A stretch of DNA of 32,000 bases from Gammaproteobacteria bacterium (GTDB taxonomy: Bacteria > Pseudomonadota > Gammaproteobacteria > JBIOEC01). The notes beneath the pieces are model-generated. The model was given only the letters and a program-made list of their open reading frames with translations. It did no database searches and was not told the DNA's origin. This document shows, one piece after another, positions 28,671-32,000 of this stretch (positions are counted from its first letter, which is position 1; each line of letters begins with the position of its first letter). The stretch is taken from the NCBI GenBank assembly GCA_965279305.1, contig OZ257143.1:120001-152000 (forward strand), read 5' to 3'. The translations under genes were made by a program, and so were the position numbers.

Positions 28671-30001
28671 ATGCCTACTGTTGCAGAGATTTTAAAAGCC
28701 CTTGCTAGAGAGAGAGCCGATAGAGGTTCAATTAAAAAGGCTACTCCTGAAATAGCAAAAGCTGAAGCAGTTGCTGCTGTTGCTCTTTGTGTTCTTTCCG
28801 ATCCAGACCTATGTGATTATTACTTGAGAGAACTTGATAACGAGATTGGTATTATTCAACATCCTCTCTCTCTATACCTTCTCAGTATGAAACTCTACAT
28901 GGGATTTCACTCCCATACCCTACCTCTGAAAGGCCCAATAATCTAGAAACACTTAATGCTGTAAAAAGGTTTGAAGAAATTCTTTTACGCTACGAACAAA
29001 GTTGGGGTGTTAATCTAGGCCGAACACCTGATCAAATTGCTCAATTTACAAAAGCAGTTCCAAATAATGTAGCCGATAAATTATTAGAGGGTAATGATTT
29101 ATGGAAAGATCGTAATATAAGTTTAAATGCATTTATACATGCATCAGAGTCACATAGAATCCAATTTTACTTATTTATGCGCGCCGTTGAAGATGGAAAA
29201 GTAGATACCAGCCATTTAGAGCAGTTTTTTGATTTAGAAAATCCTTGTTTTTTATTTAAATATTTGACAGAACTGGCAACCAATGGATATATACTGAATT
29301 ATGGTGACGAAACAAAAAGCCTTTGGCACGTAGCACTTGAAAATAATAATGCTCGTGGAATGGGCAGAGGAACTTTCGTAGCTTTGTATAAAGAGGGATA
29401 CGTGATCTCCCATTTAGCGGGTCCTTCTCATTTACATGAATATTTACTTTCACCCAAAAGTTTCGAAAAAACACCTTCTTTAGCTCAAGTCATATATTAT
29501 TTATCTTATGATACTCTATTTTATTATGCTGATACTCTTAGCTTACCTGTTAAGGATATTTTTAATACATTCATAGTTCCACTCCATCCTAATGCTGCTT
29601 CCAATTTTGCAAGTTTCAGTGATTATAAAGCAATTAACCTAAAACTATCTTATTTGATGTATTGTATCATCTACAATTTATCAAACTCTAATGGCAGTAA
29701 AGCTTATATGGTTCCCAAAGCCAATCCTAACGTTGATTATATTGTTTCGTTTCTCGAAAAACCGATAACGGATCCTGCTGCACTTACTGAAATTTGTTAT
29801 ACCAACGGCGACAATGCACTTAAATCAGGGAATGAGAAAATGGCCAATAGATTTTTTACACAAGCTGAATATTTTTCTGAAAAAGCAGGCTTAGCACCAA
29901 GACCAAAAGTAACACCCGTAATGAAATTTGAATTTTGTGATGCGCCACCTGCCTCAAAGCCATCTGTTGTTCAAACTGTTTTATCGTGGTTCCCCAGTTA
30001 A
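28671..30001 (+). pseudogene. orphan protein gene split by a frameshift at a (CT)5 tract
   Basis: The upstream ORF (28641/28671..28946) and the downstream reading frame overlap; the latter is open from 28841 but has no ATG/GTG/TTG until 29177. The 112 start-less codons read like protein (...ETLNAVKRFEEILLRYEQSWGVNLGRTPDQIAQF...). Removing one CT from CTCTCTCTCT (28864..28873) joins the frames into a protein of about 442 aa. Confidence 0.65.
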
Positions 30002-30025
30002 ACTAACCGTCTGATCCCCAATTCT

Positions 30026-30070
30026 GTCATTGCGTGGCCCCTCTTTTTTATTAGGGCGACCGTGGCAATC
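30026..30070 (+). repeat. short palindromic interspersed repeat (GTCATTGC...CGTGGCAATC type), copy 2
   Basis: GTCATTGCGTGGCCCCTCTTTTTTATTAGGGCGACCGTGGCAATC has the same termini as the minus-strand copy at 2708..2742 but a different core. Confidence 0.5.
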
Positions 30071-30121
30071 CTCTGGTATGTTGGAGGCTTTTAACAATCA
30101 CCTGCTATACTTAGCCTCACT

Positions 30122-31534
30122 ATGAGTCATTTAATAACGAATACCCCTATCGCTGATATTAAGGTCGGCGATGAAATTGATTTAACCTGGCATGTGAGTG
30201 CTCGGGAGGCTCAGCTATTTAATATACAAAGCCCACCTGAAGATCCCTATGCCCAAGCTACCAATAGCTTTGGCGGCAGCTTACTGATTAAAACCCTTCT
30301 CTCTCAATTATTTAACCAAAGATTACCCGGGCCTGGCAGCACATTGGTTCATGATGAGCTTACCTACCATGCTCCTATTAATTTGCATGATGATTTAGTT
30401 TTAATTGCTCGGGTGACACACAAGCATGTACATGAGCGCACATTAGAATTTTCCATTAAATGCCATAACAAAAAGAAAAAACTGGTATGTGATGGAAGCG
30501 TTACCGTAAAAGCCAGCAAAGAAAGCATTTCATTATCTGAAATGGATTTGCCTGAAGCCGTTTTATTTAATACTGGTTTTAAATTTAAAAAATTAATGAC
30601 TAAAGCACAAAAAATGGGGAATACTCCACGAGTTGCCGTAGTTCATCCCATGAATGCGCCTACACTTGAAGCCGCGATTATGTCTGCCAAAAACAATTTA
30701 ATTATTCCTGTTTTTGTAGCACCACTTAAAAGACTAGAGCCGATTGCCAAAGAAATTGGTATTAACTTATCAGATTATACCTGCGTAGATGTTCCTTACA
30801 GTCATGCAGCTGCTAAACGAGCAGTGGAAATGGCACGTAATGGAGAAGTAGATGCATTGATGAAAGGAAGTCTACACACCGATGAATTAATGCATGAAGT
30901 ATTAGATAGTGCGACAGGAATTAAAACCGACAAACGGATCAGCCATTGTTTTGTCATGGATATTCCTACCTACCCTCTTATGTTAACCATAACCGATGCA
31001 GCTATTAATATTGCCCCTGATTTAATTAGTAAACAGCATATTGTGCAAAACGCGATTGATCTCTTGCATGCACTAGGCAATAAAAAACCTAAAGTAGGTA
31101 TATTATCAGCCGTAGAAACTGTTAATCCAAAAATGCCTTCTACCATTGATGCTGCTGCACTATGCAAAATGGCAGACAGAGGCCAAATTAAAGGCGGCAT
31201 TTTAGATGGCCCCTTAGCTTTTGATAATGCGATTTCTCGAACAGCCGCTAATATAAAAGGCATAGATACACCGATTGCAGGCGTAGCTGATATTTTATTA
31301 GTTCCGGATTTAGATGCAGGAAACATGTTGGTTAAACAATTAGCCTATTTAACTGGAGCAATTGGAGCAGGTATTGTACTAGGTGCGAAAGTACCCATTA
31401 TTTTAACAAGTCGTGCGGATTTACCCTTAGCTCGCGAAGCCTCATGTGCATTGGTAAAATATTTTATTGCTCATGAAAAGAAACAGCATAATCCAGCCAC
31501 ACCTCAAAAAACAAATAAGAAGTCGAAGAAATAA
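30122..31534 (+). CDS. pta: bifunctional MaoC-like hotdog domain / phosphate acetyl(butyryl)transferase
   Basis: The N-terminal ~150 aa are hotdog/MaoC-like. The C-terminal ~300 aa form a PTA_PTB domain (DALMKGSLHTDELM, ITDAAINI, LLVPDLDAGNMLVK, ILTSRAD). Confidence 0.82.
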   Translation: MSHLITNTPIADIKVGDEIDLTWHVSAREAQLFNIQSPPEDPYAQATNSFGGSLLIKTLLSQLFNQRLPGPGSTLVHDELTYHAPINLHDDLVLIARVTHKHVHERTLEFSIKCHNKKKKLVCDGSVTVKASKESISLSEMDLPEAVLFNTGFKFKKLMTKAQKMGNTPRVAVVHPMNAPTLEAAIMSAKNNLIIPVFVAPLKRLEPIAKEIGINLSDYTCVDVPYSHAAAKRAVEMARNGEVDALMKGSLHTDELMHEVLDSATGIKTDKRISHCFVMDIPTYPLMLTITDAAINIAPDLISKQHIVQNAIDLLHALGNKKPKVGILSAVETVNPKMPSTIDAAALCKMADRGQIKGGILDGPLAFDNAISRTAANIKGIDTPIAGVADILLVPDLDAGNMLVKQLAYLTGAIGAGIVLGAKVPIILTSRADLPLAREASCALVKYFIAHEKKQHNPATPQKTNKKSKK

Positions 31535-31536
31535 TT

Positions 31537-32000
31537 ATGGATAATATTCTTACCATTAACACTGGCTCTAGCAGTATTAAGCTGGCTTTATTTTCTGTTC
31601 AAAAAAACAAATTAAGTCCGCTCTATAAAGCATTTGCAGATAAATTAACTAAACCTCATCAATTACAAGTCTCTTCAAAAGAAGGTTTTTCAAAAACTTT
31701 AAAATTTCCGGCCAGTAGCACTGACGATCATTTTTATTCAGCGGCTATTTCCGTACTACTGGATTGGTTAGCGGATAAAGACATTCATATTACGGCGGTT
31801 AGCCATCGTGTGGTTCATGGTGGTATTTATTATGATAAACCTGTACGTATTGATCATAATGTGATTAATCGTTTATCTTTATTAATTCCTTTAGCTCCTT
31901 TGCATCAGCCATACAATTTACAAGGGATCAGCCAAGCCATGCAGCGCTTGCCCAAATGCCCGCATTTAGCTTGCTTTGATACCGCATTTCATCACACGAT
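31537..32000 (+). CDS. ackA: acetate kinase, 3' end beyond window
   Basis: It is absent from the ORF track because no stop is reached. From ATG 31537 it reads MDNILTINTGSSSIKLALF...HRVVHGG...PLAPLHQPYNL...ACFDTAFHHT. Confidence 0.9.
   Translation, partial: MDNILTINTGSSSIKLALFSVQKNKLSPLYKAFADKLTKPHQLQVSSKEGFSKTLKFPASSTDDHFYSAAISVLLDWLADKDIHITAVSHRVVHGGIYYDKPVRIDHNVINRLSLLIPLAPLHQPYNLQGISQAMQRLPKCPHLACFDTAFHHT

Noticed and set aside
28841-28946. Programmed -1 ribosomal frameshift joining the two ORFs
   Set aside because: The required shift direction is -1, but the overlap contains no X-XXY-YYZ slippery heptamer and no obvious downstream stimulatory structure. An indel at the (CT)5 tract is the simpler explanation.

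Overview
32-kb chromosomal window from an AT-rich gammaproteobacterium. All family assignments come from reading the translations and from recalled homolog sequences; no database search was run. The gene style (compact housekeeping operons, eukaryote-like orphan proteins, GTCATTGC...CGTGGCAATC palindromic repeats) looks Legionellales-like (Rickettsiella/Coxiella/Legionella type), but that call is from memory only.

Backbone genes, in order: elaA (partial), pyrF, tRNA-Arg(ACG), tRNA-Ser(GCT), a YhhW-like pirin, a retropepsin-like / 7TM / ATP-grasp triad, rpsP-rimM-trmD-rplS, dsbC, proB, ruvC-yebC-aspS, an FmdB zinc ribbon, a TlpA-like lipoprotein, yihY, wrbA, rpsI-rplM, pepA-valS, a MaoC-Pta fusion and ackA (partial).

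Accessory content:
1. An 8.6-15.7 kb block holds a tRNA-dependent cyclodipeptide synthase (CDPS) apparently co-transcribed with a cytoplasmic PAS histidine kinase. A receiver-only response regulator is transcribed divergently from it. Further on lie a 764-aa Pro/Gln/Tyr/Met-repeat orphan protein and a second, paralogous PAS kinase. This is the most interesting candidate system.
2. A Ser/Pro/Arg-rich orphan protein sits between the two tRNA genes. Downstream of tRNA-Ser there is a duplicated tRNA 3' end and a string of GC-rich hairpins.
3. An orphan gene is split by a frameshift at a (CT)5 tract.

No CRISPR array, transposase, integrase or rRNA was seen.
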